From contig NC_058368.1 of NCBI RefSeq assembly GCF_018350175.1, positions 142,912,001 to 142,976,000 on the forward strand: a stretch of 64,000 nucleotides of DNA, in the 5' to 3' direction. Below the pieces are notes generated by a model. That model was not told where the DNA came from. It did no database searches and saw only the letters and a list, made by a program, of their open reading frames with translations. Position 1 is the first letter of the stretch; each line of letters starts with the position of its first letter. Position numbers and translations under genes: made by a program. Source of the stretch: Felis catus. Taxonomy: Eukaryota. This document shows positions 41,730 to 53,830 of this stretch, one piece after another.

Positions 41730-42500
41730 AGTACTATAAGCAACAATTCTCATTTATTGCTGATGGGAATGCAAAACTCCACTTTGGAAGACAGTTTGGC
41801 AGTTTCTAGAAAGCTAAGCATACTCTTAACCATATGATCCAGCAATGACAGTCCTTGGTATTTACCCAAATTAGTTGAAAATTATGCCCAAACACTCGAT
41901 TGTTTATAGCAGGTTTATTCATAATTGCCAAAACTTGGAAACAACCAAGATGTTCTTCAATAGGTGAGTAAATAAGCCATGGAATATCCATTCAATTGAC
42001 TAAACATTAGCTAGCTTTAAAAAGAAAAGAGCTCTCAAGCCATGAAACGACACAGAGGAAACGTAAATGCATACTGCTAGGTCAAAGAAGCCAGGCTGAA
42101 AAGACTACATGTTGTATGATTCCAACTATGTGATATCATGGAAAAGACAAAGCTGTTGTGACCATTAAACAATGACTGGTTACCAGAAACTATGGGGGAG
42201 GGAGGGCTGAATAGATGAATGCAGATTTTTATAGGGCAGTAAAACTATTCTGTATGATACCATAGTGGTAGATATATGTCATACATTTGTCAAAACCCAT
42301 CGAATGTAAAACAAAAAGAGTGAACCCACTATAAACTTTAGTTGATAATAATACATCAATACTGGCTCATCAGTTTTAACAAATATACTGACACAACTGA
42401 GGAGAGAGTAGATAGAAGTGGTACATGGGAAATCTCAATACTTTTCGCTCAATTTTTCTATAAATGTAAAACTGCTTTTAAAAAAGTCTATTAATTTTTA
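41730..42500 (+). mobile_element. Old L1 (L1MC-like) 3' fragment
   Basis: attgctgatgggaatgcaaaa...ttggaagacagtttggcagtttc...caaccaagatgttcttcaataggtgagt...aaactattctgtatgataccatagtggtag. Confidence 0.8.
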
Positions 42501-43066
42501 AAATAACTATAACAATAGAAAAATAGGTAAAGCTTAAGAATTATTTAAAAAAAGAACTTTAAATTATTCAAATAAAAATGTAAGCGGCTGATACACGACA
42601 AAAATCTTGAATGTTACTGGTAACACAAATGACACAACTACAAATGATATTGAAATACTATTTCTCCTATTAACTTTGAAAAGGTATTTTAGGGGCCCCT
42701 GGGTGGCTCAATCAGTTGAGTGTCTGACTCTTGATTTCAGCTCAGGTCATGATCCCAGGGTTGGGGAATCGAGCCCCGCATTAGACTCCGTGCTGAGCAC
42801 GGAGCCTGCAGTCTACTTAAGATTCTCTCTCCCTCTGCTTCTGCCCCTGTCCTCGACTCGCACACATGCACTCTCTCTCTCTAAAATTAAAAAAAGTTGG
42901 GGCACCTGGGTGACTCATTTGGTTGAGCTGAAGACTTCAGCTCAGGTCGTTATTTCGTGGTTCACAAGTTCAAGCCCCAGCTCGGGGTCTGTGCCAATGG
43001 TGCAGAGCCTGCCTGGGATTCTCTCTCTCCCTCTTTCCCTTCCCCTCCCCTGCTTGCTTTCTCTCT

Positions 43067-43097
<31 letters not shown>

Positions 43098-43513
43098 CTT
43101 TATTTTAAAAAATTAAAATTAGGGGCGCCTGGGTGGCACAGTCGGTTAAGCGTCTGACTTCAGCCAGGTCACGATCTTGCGGTCCGTGAGTTCGAGCCCC
43201 GCGTCGGGCTCTGGGCTGATGGCTCAGAGCCTGGAGCCTGTTTCCGATTCTGTGTCTCCCTCTCTCTCTGCCCCTCCCCTGTTCATGCTCTGTCTCTCTC
43301 TGTCCCAAAAATAAAAAAAAAATAAAACGTTGGAAAAAAAATTTTTTTAATAAAAAAAATAAAAAATTAAAATTAGAGATGCCTGGATGGCTTAGTCAGT
43401 TAAGCATCTGACTCTTGATTTCGCTCAGGTCATGATTTCACAGTTGTGGGATCAGCCCAACATCAGGCTCACGCTGACAGCATGGAGCCTGCTTGGAATT
43501 CTCTCTTTCTCTC

Positions 43514-43545
<32 letters not shown>

Positions 43546-44175
43546 CCCCTCCCCCTGTCCTCTCTCTCTTTCAAAATAAATGAGCAACTTTTAAAAAATT
43601 AAAATTTAAATTAAAAAAAGGCATTTTAAAGTATTTTAAGTACAATGGAACTGCATTTTTGTACACTGTTGGTGGAAATGAAAAATCATGACAGTTTCTC
43701 TGAAAAGCAGTTTGACAAGAATCTCAAACAGCTTGACTGAGTACTTCTAGGAATCTATACCATGTGTGTGGGTGTGTGTGTAATTTTATAAAGATGAAAT
43801 TTTGTAAAAACAAAGGAATGGCTCAATAAGTTCATATAATGGCATTATGTAGTGAATAAAAACTATGTTTTTGAAGAATATTTAAAAATGGAAAAATGTT
43901 CAACCTATGATTTTAAAATAGGAATGTCTTTATTGGTTTTTCTGCTGTGTTGTTGAAAAATTTTTAAATGCCAATAAATAGATTATACCTCAATAATGTT
44001 TTGCAACATGCTTTTTTTCACCTGATAACATATAACAGGATTCCTTCTATGAATGTATACATCTAGATTATCCACATTATCTTTCATCTTTTTAAAAAGT
44101 TTCATAGTATTTTCTTGGGTGCATGTACTAAAAGCCAGTTAAGATGTTTTAAATTTAGTTTTTAGATTAATTCAT

Positions 44176-44177
<2 letters not shown>

Positions 44178-44223
<46 letters not shown>
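44178..44223. repeat. (CA)n microsatellite (others about 40430-40476 and 63416-63463)
   Basis: Directly visible. Confidence 0.95.
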
Positions 44224-44226
<3 letters not shown>

Positions 44227-44565
44227 CACCTTCAAACTACTTTTAGATTGAAAGGATATCTTTGATAATTTTAATCACTTCATTTGCCAACACAGAATTT
44301 AATTTGCTTTATAGACTTAGGCACTTTACCTGACCTTTTCTCCATATGCACCATCTGCCCATCAAGCAGATAGCTAAAAGTTTGTTTTCCTTAAAGATTT
44401 AAAAAAATGTCTTTCGGGGCGCCTGGGTGGCTCAGTCAGTTAAGCATCTGACTTCAGCTTAGGTCATGATCTTGCAGTCAGTGAGTTCAAACCCCGCATC
44501 AGGCTCTGTGCTAACAGCTCGGGGCCTGGAGCCTGCTTGGGATTTTCTCTCTCTCTCTCTCTCTT

Positions 44566-44597
<32 letters not shown>

Positions 44598-45089
44598 CTC
44601 CTCCTCCTCCCCCACTTGCACTGTATCTCTCTCTGTCTCTCAAAAATGAATAAACGTTAAAAAAAATTTTTTTTAAATGTCTTTCATGTCTTTCAGTTAA
44701 CTTTTCAACAAGCCCAGCAAGGTCCACCTGTGTGTCATAATTTTAGGGATATTTCTGCCCAATTTCTAAGTTTGTCCATTTGCTCTAAAACCTGAAAGAC
44801 TTTGATCAAGCATCAAAGCCATTTGGTGCACCTGGGTGGCTCAGTCAGTTAAGCTTCCAACTCTTGATTTCAGCCCAGGTCATGATCTCTTGGTTCACAG
44901 AACCCAGCCCCATGTTGAGCCCCCAGGATCAAGCCTTCTTGGAATTCTCTCTCTCTGCCACTCTCCTGCTTGCATGCGAGCGCACTTTTTCTCTTTCTCT
45001 CAAAATAAATAAACTTTGAAAAGAAAAAAAAAGACCTATCCCCAGAGGAAAGTAGAGCATTTACTTAAATCCACTCTAAAATAGTCTTT

Positions 45090-46390
45090 CTCCTGGTGCT
45101 CCCCTCTCTGCTCAATGTCCACACAAAGATGACTCACAAATTTATATCTCCAGCCCAAGCCTCTGTCTCCTCAGGCATCAAAGTTGATTATACAACTGGC
45201 AGCTTACCTTGGCCTCTTGGGATTCTCAAGATGTTCAGGTCTAATGAAGTCATGCTTTCACCACTTCCCACACCCACCAATTCCCCTAACCTGGTTTCCT
45301 TCCGTAGCCCCCACTTCAGTGAACTAGTCATTCAGTTGAAGGAGCCTGAAAGCCAGAAGTCATCCATGATACCTCCCTCTCTCTCACCTCCATGCTCAAA
45401 CCAGCCCCCAATCCGGTCAAAATTATGTTTTCCTCCATCTTCTCCACCTTCTTAACCAAGCTTTGTCTATTTTTTTAATGTTTATTTTTATAAAATAAAC
45501 AGAGAGAGTACATGTGGGGGAGGGGCAGAGAGAGAGGGACAGAGGCTACATAGCAGGCTCTTTGCTGACAGCAGAGAGCCTGATGCAGGGCTTGAACTCA
45601 GGAGATGTGAGATCATGACCTGAGCTGAAGTCAGATGCTCAACTGATGGAGCCACCCATGCACCCCAAGTTTTGTCCATTTTAAAAACCTCCTAACCAGT
45701 CTACCTGTATCCCTTTTAACCCCAGTCAAACCTATTCAACATTACAGCAAAAGCAAAAAAAAAAGAAAAAAGAAAAAAGAAAAAAAATATATATATTTGT
45801 TTTTTGTTTGTTTTCATTTGAGGGAGAGAGAGTGAGAGTGCACAAGCAGGGGAGAAGGACAGAGGGAGGGAAAGAGAATCCTAAGCAGGCTTCACACTCA
45901 GCACAGAGCCCGATGTGGGGCTTGATCCCACAACCCTGGGATTATGATATGAGCCAAAATCAAGAGTTGGACCCTCAACCAACTGAGCCACCCAGATGCC
46001 CCAAAAGAAAACTTTAATACATATTATACCCCTTGACCCTCTATGATTACAGAGTCTTTGCATATACTGTTTCCTTGACTTGAATCATTCTTCACTCTTT
46101 GATAACTCCAACTCCTTCACATTTCTGCTGAAGCATCATTTTATAGGGAAACTTTCCTTGGTGCTTATGACCAGGTGAAATCCCCCCCATCTCCTAGTAC
46201 TTTGTACATCTCCTTCCCAGTGCTCATCAACTTATCTTACATTTATTTGTGTTATTATATTCTGCCCCTCACTAGACTAAGCCAAAAAGGCATGGATTTG
46301 TCTAATTTCTTCTCCCTATTGTATCCTATCACCTAGCTTAGTGTCTGCTACATAGCAGTTGCTCAAAAAATATTTACTGCGTAAATGAAT
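45090..46390 (+). mobile_element. L2 3' relic with two inserted SINEs (other L2 pieces about 1130-1600, 6800-7310, 11790-12250, 22730-23510, 35680-36170, 38720-39030)
   Basis: atgactcacaaatttatatctccagccc...cactagactaagc...acatagcagttgctcaaaaaatatttactgcgtaaatgaatg, the L2 3' terminus. Confidence 0.6.
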
Positions 46391-46918
46391 GCATAAACTA
46401 AAATATAACCAACATCAAATCCTTTCCCCAAAATAAGTCTTTATGACAGACAACAACCAGAAGGAGAATAAAGCATCTTCTTGAATGAAAGAACATATTA
46501 AAAAAAGAAAACCCTGGGACACCTGAGCGGCTCAATCAGTTGGGCATCCCACTTTGGCTCAGGTCATGATCTCAAGGTTTGTGAATTCAAGCCCGCATCT
46601 GGCTCTGTGCTGACAGCTCGGAGCCTGGAGCCTGCTTCAGATTCTGTGTCTCCTTCTCTCTACCCCTCCCCAGCTTGCACTCTGTCTCTCTGTCTTTCTC
46701 AAAAATAAATAAACATTTAAAAATTTTAAAAACTGGGACGCCTGGAGGGGGAGGGGCTCAGTCGGTTGAGCTTCTGACTTCGTGTCAGGTCATGACCTCA
46801 CTGTCCACGAGTTTGAGCCCCGAGTCCGGCTCTGTGCTGACAGCTCAGAGGCTGGAGCCTGCTTTGGATTCTCTCTGCCCCTCCCCCACTCATGCTCGTG
46901 CGCGCGTGTGCGCACGCG

Positions 46919-46958
<40 letters not shown>

Positions 46959-47083
46959 CAAAAATAAACAAACATTAAAAAAATTTTAATTAAAAAAAAA
47001 AAAAAGAAAGAAAAGGAAACCCCAGTCGCTGTGACCTACTCACACAGCACGTCACAGCGATTGGGGTTTTGTTTCTTTCTTTC

Positions 47084-47123
<40 letters not shown>

Positions 47124-47156
47124 TTTAAAAAAATTTTTAATGTTTATTAGGCAGCT

Positions 47157-47516
47157 ATGTCTGATCGCGGCAGGGGCGGGAAGGGCCTGGGCATGGGGGG
47201 TGCCAAGCGCCACCGCGAGGTGCTGCCCGTCAACATCCAGGGCATCACTAAGCCTGCCATCTGGTGGCTGGCCCAGTTTGGCGGCGTCAAGCGCATCTCT
47301 GGCCTCATCTAGGAGGAGACCTGGGGGTACTCAAGGTCTTCCCGGAGAAGGTAATCCCCGACGCTGTCACCTACACAGAGCACGCCAAGCGCAAAACAGT
47401 CACGGCCATGGACGTGGTCTACCTGCTCAAGCACCAGGGCCGCACCCTCTATGGCTTTGGGGGCTAAAACCTCATCACCTCTTTTTCTCCAAATAAAGGC
47501 CTTTTTCAGGGCTGCC
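47157..47516 (+). pseudogene. Histone H4 processed pseudogene with retained 3' stem-loop
   Basis: ATG at 47157: [51 protein letters not shown]; premature TAG at 47310-47312 (Tyr codon position); 1-nt deletion near 47322-47328; then [46 protein letters not shown] (TAA ends 47467); stem-loop GGCCTT-TTTC-AGGGCT at 47498-47513, followed by an A-rich tract. Confidence 0.96.
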
Positions 47517-47629
47517 AAAAAAAGAAAAAAGAAAAAACCCTGGCACATAGTAGGTTTACAATTTTGTAAAAAATTCACCTGCTTTAAAGCTTTCATACAG
47601 CCAATATCTGCATTCTGTTCTTCTGTGTA

Positions 47630-48562
47630 CCATAGGCCCCCATTATCCACAGGTATATATTCCAAGACCTTCCAGTGGATGGCTAAAACTGCAGATAGTA
47701 CCAAACCTTATATATATCCTGTTTTTTTCTTTTCTTTTTTTGTAATGTTTATTTATTTTTGTGAGAGACAGAGTGCAAGTGGAGGACAGGCAGAGAGAGG
47801 GAGACACAGAATCTGAGCAGGGTCCAGGCTCCGTGCTGTCAGCACAGAGCCAGAAGGGGGGCTCCAATTCTCGAACCAAACCATGAGATCATGACCTGAG
47901 CCAAAACCGGACGCTTAACCGACTGAGCCACCCAGGCACCCCTATACTGTTTTTTTTCTTATATATACATACCTATGATAAAGTTTAATTTATAGGGGCG
48001 CCTGGGTGGCTCAGTCGGTTAAGTGGCCGACTTCAGCTCAGGTCACGATCTCGCGGTCCAGGAGTTCGAGCCCCGCGTCAGGCTCTGGGCTGATGGCTCA
48101 GAGCCTGGAGCCTGCTTAGGATTCTGTGTCTCCCTCTCTCTCTGCCCCTCCCCCATTCATGCTCTGTCTCTCTCTGTCCCAAAAATAAATAAACGTTAAA
48201 AAAATTTTTTTAAATAAAAAAAGTTTAATTTATAAATTTAGAGATTAACAATAATTAATAATAAAATAGAACAATTATAACAATGTTCTCTTATGAACGT
48301 TATTTGAATGTGGTCTCTCTGTTTCTCTCAAAACATCTTGTCTGACTGCACTTACCTTTTTTCTACTTGTGATGATATGAGATGGTAAAATGCCCATGTG
48401 ATAAGATGACACTGAGGTGAATGTTGTAGGCATTATGATGGAGCGTTAGTCTGCTCTTGACCTCCCGATGATTCATCAGGAGTACCGTCTGCTTCCAGAC
48501 CACACTTAACTGAGGGAAACTAAAACGCAGAAGGCAAAACTGCAGATAAAAGGCAACTACTG
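47630..48562. mobile_element. TcMar-Tigger MITE (MER44/Tigger7-like) split by two Can-SINEs (about 47722-47942 minus, 47995-48220 plus)
   Basis: Degenerate TIRs ...ggcccccattatccacagg / ...gcagataaaaggcaactactgta with TA flanks; diagnostic atacatacctatgataaagtttaatttataa. Confidence 0.7.
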
Positions 48563-51500
48563 TACTTATGGAGAGCAGGACCAAAGCAATGCACTTTGCT
48601 TCCAGGATGCTAATAAATGAAGTGTTTTTGTCTTTCTGTTTCTGCTTCCTGAACATTTTTTGCTTTGTGTAAATTTACGTAACTACACAAGATATATTAG
48701 GCCAAGTGGAAGAAAAAGTTGCAAGGATTTCCACTTTGCAAATTGGGCGGGATGCCTGGAAGGGACAAAATTAAGGTCTTCCCATTAAGTGAATACCCAG
48801 TTGTCTAGTCTTAAGGCTCAGATAAAGTATCTACTAGAAAAGGAGCCATCTCTAAATATGAGCCAGAAAATTCAGGATTTCAAGTTTAGCCTTCTCAATG
48901 TGTGCATAAGACACTCAGAGGGTTAGAAGATGAAGTATTCATCTCCAAGAGTTCAGTTAAGGACACATCCCAATAAGGAAAAGCTGTGGGGCTTCCAATT
49001 GTTTTATAAAAACAGTGTTAAGATCATTGTTTGGCACTCGTTTGCACATGACAGATTCAAGACAATTCGTTTCTTTAAATATGAAGCCCCAAATCACCTC
49101 TTCTAAAATTACGTTTCTTACCAACATCGCTTAGTAACTACACGCAGGAATGAGCACGGGCCTGGAGGCAGTACTCACAGATCTCCTGAATTAACGACGT
49201 GCTCTTCCATTTACAAGAATCCGGCTCAAGACACTGAGTTCTTGTCCCATTTCTCTAGCACTAATTAGCTGTGTGGCTCTCACGTGGTCTTGGTTCTTCA
49301 CACGTAAAATGATACGATTGGATTTCTTAAGTCTTTAAAGTTCCTTCTAGTTCTAAATCCTTTGATTTGCGCCAGAATCATTGCCCGTGAATTAGACTAT
49401 TTAGATACCAACTAGGTCTGCAGTCACAGGAGCATTTGAAGCAGAGGCTGCCGGCTCTTTGGAAGGACCGACTCATAAGAGGAGTTTATGCTGCCTTAAC
49501 AAAGTGAGCAGAGGAGAAGCCTGTCCTTTCTACACAAGCACATAAGCAGCTTCCACGTTGGGGTGCCTAAGTGGCTCAGTTGGTTGAGAGTCCGACTCTT
49601 GATTTTGGCCCAGGGTCGTGGGATTGAACCCCATGTCAGGCTCTGCCCTAACAGCACAGAGTCTGCTTGGGATTCTCTCTCTCTCCCTCTCCCTGCCCCT
49701 CCCTCCCTCATGTACTCTTTCTCTCTCTTTCAAAATAAATGGGGCAGGAGAAAAAAAGCAGTCTGGGCAAGGCCACCATACTGACAAGGAGGCAGTTTTG
49801 TCCCCAAATGGCTCTGACCAGATTTCCCCTCACTCCAATCTCAGCAGGCAGGCCATTGATCTCATATGCCTCATCTGCAGCCATGACTCACAGGACCCAA
49901 CAGAAGAATATCAAGTTTTCCATGCCATACTCAACATGTTATTCAGCAGCCTTCTCTGCAGTAAAAAAAAAAAAAAAAAAAAAAAAAGTATTCTCAGGGC
50001 GCCTGGGCAGCTCAGTCAGTTGGGCATTTGACTCAGGATTGTGAGTTCAGGCCCTGAATTGGGCTCCACACTAGGCATGAAGCCTACCTTAAAAAAAAAT
50101 ATATATATATATTCTCTTGAGTTGAGTAACCCTCTGGCAGAGTTATCCCACAACAGAAGGTGTCAGGGGCAGAGAAATACCTCTACAAGGACTTCTTCTT
50201 CAAATAGGAAGCATAAATTAAAGCTGCTCCAATCACTTTGTGCTTCCTGTGCTCTCCTTTCAGAGAGGAGGGATGATTTTTTATTTTTCCAATTGTCTGC
50301 CTTGTCCCTCTTCGAGGCTTTACCATGGACAGGAACACCAAGGTCATCTTCTAGATCTATAGGAAAGTTCTATTTGTTCAACTAACCTGCAAGAAGTTTC
50401 TAAATTCAATGTCTTTGCCTTGTTTTATAAATGATAAATAGATCGCCTGGCTCAGGATACTTTTTTCAAAATGTTACACAAAATAAAATATGTCAAAATT
50501 ATTTTCAAATTTCATATATATAAACATGTACTCTCTAAAATGTAGCAAGATGCTGTCAAAGTATAATTTGCTTAAGAGCAATTTCTTTTTTTTTTTTTTT
50601 TAATTTTTTTTTTTCAACTTTATTTATTTATTTTTGGGACAGAGAGAGACAGAGCATGAACGGGGAAGGGGCAGAGAGAGAGGGAGACACAGAATCGGAA
50701 ACAGGCTCCAGGCTCTGAGCCATCAGCCCAGAGCCCGACGCGGGGCTCAAACTCACGGACCGCGAGATCGTGACCTGGCTGAAGTCAGACGCTTAACCGA
50801 CTGCGCCACCCAGGCGCCCCACTTAAGAGCAATTTCTAAATTGAGATTTGTGCTTGGCTATAATATACATTTGTCATTTCTTGGACAAACTTTTCTTGTC
50901 AACTCCCTACTGTTTTATTTGAATCAAAAATTGGGGGCCCCTGGGTGGCTCAGTCAGTGGAGCATCTGACTTCGGCTCAGGTCATGATCTCCCAGCTTGT
51001 GCGTTCAAGCCCCACATCCAACTTGCTGCTGGCAGCCTCTCAGCACAGAGCCTGCTTGGGATCCTCTGTCTCCCACTCTCTCTGCCCCTTCCCTGCTTGT
51101 GCTCTCCCTCTCTCTCTCTCAAAAATAAATAAAACATTTTTTTAAAAATTGACTTTCATCTTAAATAGATATGATCAAAAGATTTTTATGTTTTGAAAGT
51201 CCACAATATGAACTCATCCTTTTACCATCCAGTCCTACAACTTACCTGGAGTACTTTTAGCCTAAGCCAATCTTTCAATATTTATTTTATGTATGTGAGT
51301 AACACATGTTCCTTTTAGAAATTCTGCTTACATTCCACAAGAGCAGTGACTCTGACTGCCCACTGCTGTCATTCAAGTCTTGAGGGTTCTAATTCAGGTT
51401 TCAGGATGACTAGACACACCACCCTCATCCTATTGGAGCCAGAATGAATAACACAAAAATAATGACACTTATAATTACTACCAGACAGCTTGCTACTGTC

Positions 51501-51662
51501 TTTAGAGTTCCCTAAAGCAAGATGCCCCAAATGTATGCTCATAATTGCTTATTAGGTGGTCAGATTACAAAGCAAACCTTCGCTTACTCAAAATAAAATT
51601 GCATTTTAAAATTGTTTTCATTTGAGTTACAATGTCTCTAAGTTAAACACAGAATATAAATA

Positions 51663-51998
51663 TAGGTGATCCTTGAACAACACAGGTTTGAACTGTACAG
51701 GTCCACTTACATGTGAATTTTTTTTCTATAAATACAGTGCAGTAAATGTAGTTCCTCTTTCATGTGATTTTTCTTAATAACATCTTCTTTAGCTTACTTT
51801 ATGGTAAGAATACAGTATATAGTACATATAACATACAGAATATGTGTCAATTGACTATTTATGTTATCAGTAAGGCTTCCAGTCAGCACTGGGCTATTAG
51901 TAAAATTTTTGAAGAGTCAAAAATTATACATGGATTTTCAGGTTCTTGGTTGATGGGGATCAGCACCTTTAATCCTTGCATTGTTCTAAGGTCAACGG
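51663..51998. mobile_element. TcMar-Tigger2/MER8-MER28-like MITE
   Basis: TIRs taggtgatccttgaacaacacaggttt ... tgcattgttctaaggtcaacggta with TA flanks. Confidence 0.7.
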
Positions 51999-53569
51999 TA
52001 CTCATGTATAAATACATGAGTTGTTTTTATGAAGTTAACCTGTAACTTTTTATTTTAGAATTATTACAAATGTTGAATATAGTCAAATCCCACTAAATAG
52101 ATTGTTTTCCTTATAAGGCAAATTGTGTGTTTCAATGACGATGATTCAAAAATGATCATTTCAAATGGTTTACCTTAAGATTTTGAAGAATCTATTGTCT
52201 AAAGTCCTGTCTGCTCTCTGCTTTCTCGTTCCTTCCTATATCACAGATTAAATCTCTTAACTGTTTTTGAAAGTCTTTGTCTGCCTTCCTTCTCACTCTA
52301 CATCTTATTTTTATACGGTAAATTTGTTGACAATTTGATACTCAAAACTCTATGCCTATTTTGATCTATCTCCATAGTAACTACACATTCAGCACAATCT
52401 AAAACATTAGACAAAAGACAATAATATATAGCCAATAAAAAATCGTTTTCTAAAGCCTGGATCTCTGGGCCAATCCAGTATGTTTGCTATGGATTCCATC
52501 ATCATCTTTGTAATGGAATTAACTGTTCCCTTTAAATGACTCTTTTTGGAGAAATGACATGAATCTGATAAACAAAATTGTGCATTACCCTGAAGGATTG
52601 CTTCAGATGTAATGGTATAGACAAAATAATCGTATGGGCTGAAATCCAAAGGGAGAACAAATCCTAAGGTCAGTTGTGGCTTCCCTGTGGCTTGAGCAAA
52701 ATTATTACTTCCATCAAGGGAGCAAGCCCCCTGCCCAGCAGGAAATCATTGGCACTCTCCTGAGTCACTTGCAAACTGTGTTATTATAAACGCAACATCA
52801 ACTCACATCCACAATCATAGTCCCATAATTTTTCAGTGTAAACATTTAAAGCCCCATTTCATGGGCCTGTCTGTTCTCTTGATAAAGATGACAGACTCCA
52901 AATGATATTTAGCCAAGTGACAGTGGCTCTGTAGATGCCTGCTTAGGAAGGCTGACCACCAAGAAAACTGACATGTTTATATGTTGGCTTCCCCAGCACC
53001 CATCATTATGAGTTCAGGTATTGTAACACATCAGACCTTACAACACAAGAGACTGCCAAAGGCTTACACAAACTACAAAGCTACGCTCTTGTTGGTGAAT
53101 GATTCAGATAATTACAATGAAAATAACATCAATAAGGTTCATAAACTGAAACTGATATTAAAGAAAACAAGTGAGCTTTAGTATATGGGAAAAGAACATA
53201 AGATTCTGGCCTAGTATCATAGAATCCTGTAGCTAGAAATTGCCTTAGAGCTCATCCAGGGCAGCCACTTACCTGCTACGGAAATTTCTTCTACAGCATT
53301 CTTGGCAAGTGGACATTCAGCCTCTCCTTGTTCATGTCCAGGGTCTAAGAATGTACTACTGCTGTTGAGTGAAAATTTGCCTTGCTGAAATTTCCACTTA
53401 TTGATTGTTTTCTAGGGCTATTAAATCAATTCACTCACTCCCTGTACTCATTCGAATGATTTTTCAAAACACGTTATAATTATAATAATATCAAGCATTT
53501 ATTGAGTACTTACTATACACCTAGCACTCAAGTAGGTATTTTATATAAACTATCTTATTTATTTACTGG

Positions 53570-53830
53570 TTATAAGCATTAACTCCAGAGCCAGACTTTC
53601 TGAGTTAGAATTCTGGCTCTGCCATGTACTAGCTGTATGACATTAGAAAAGTCATTTAACCTCTCTGTGCCTTGGTTCCTCAAAAATGAAATAGGGATAA
53701 TAATAATTATGCCTACATGATAGGGTTGTTAAGCCAATTAAATGCTAGTATATGTAAAGTGTTTAGAACAATGCCTAGCATGTGATGAACACTGCAAAAA
53801 TGTTGTTGTGCTACCCACGGCTATTATTAT
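53570..53830 (+). mobile_element. MIR SINE (others about 3200-3450, 20120-20260, 30570-30760, 62715-62910, 63520-63660)
   Basis: MIR core ctggctctgccatgtactagctgtatgac...tcatttaacctctctgtgccttggttcctc...gtaaagtgtttagaacaatgcctagca. Confidence 0.75.

Larger units (their letters stand above)
39051..47010. mobile_element. Can-SINE-dense block: about 39051-39215 (+), 41057-41465 (two -), 42692-43620 (four + in tandem), 44416-44670 (+), 44825-45030 (+), 45470-45666 (-), 45795-46002 (-), 46516-47010 (two +)
   Basis: SINE heads and tails; successive insertions into A-rich tails. Confidence 0.88.

Noticed and set aside
47264..47467. 67-aa ORF with an H4 C-terminus as a functional histone variant
   Set aside because: Arises from the frameshift in a copy that also has a premature stop and many substitutions at invariant residues
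49892..49955. EYGMENLIFF resembling the RGS-domain ENLxFW motif
   Set aside because: Too short, preceded by an in-frame stop, and the reading frame is ambiguous; no family assignment is justified
51246..51410. Argument that the stops in candidate exons are C>T decay products
   Set aside because: Every stop codon is one C>T change from a sense codon, so this is not evidence
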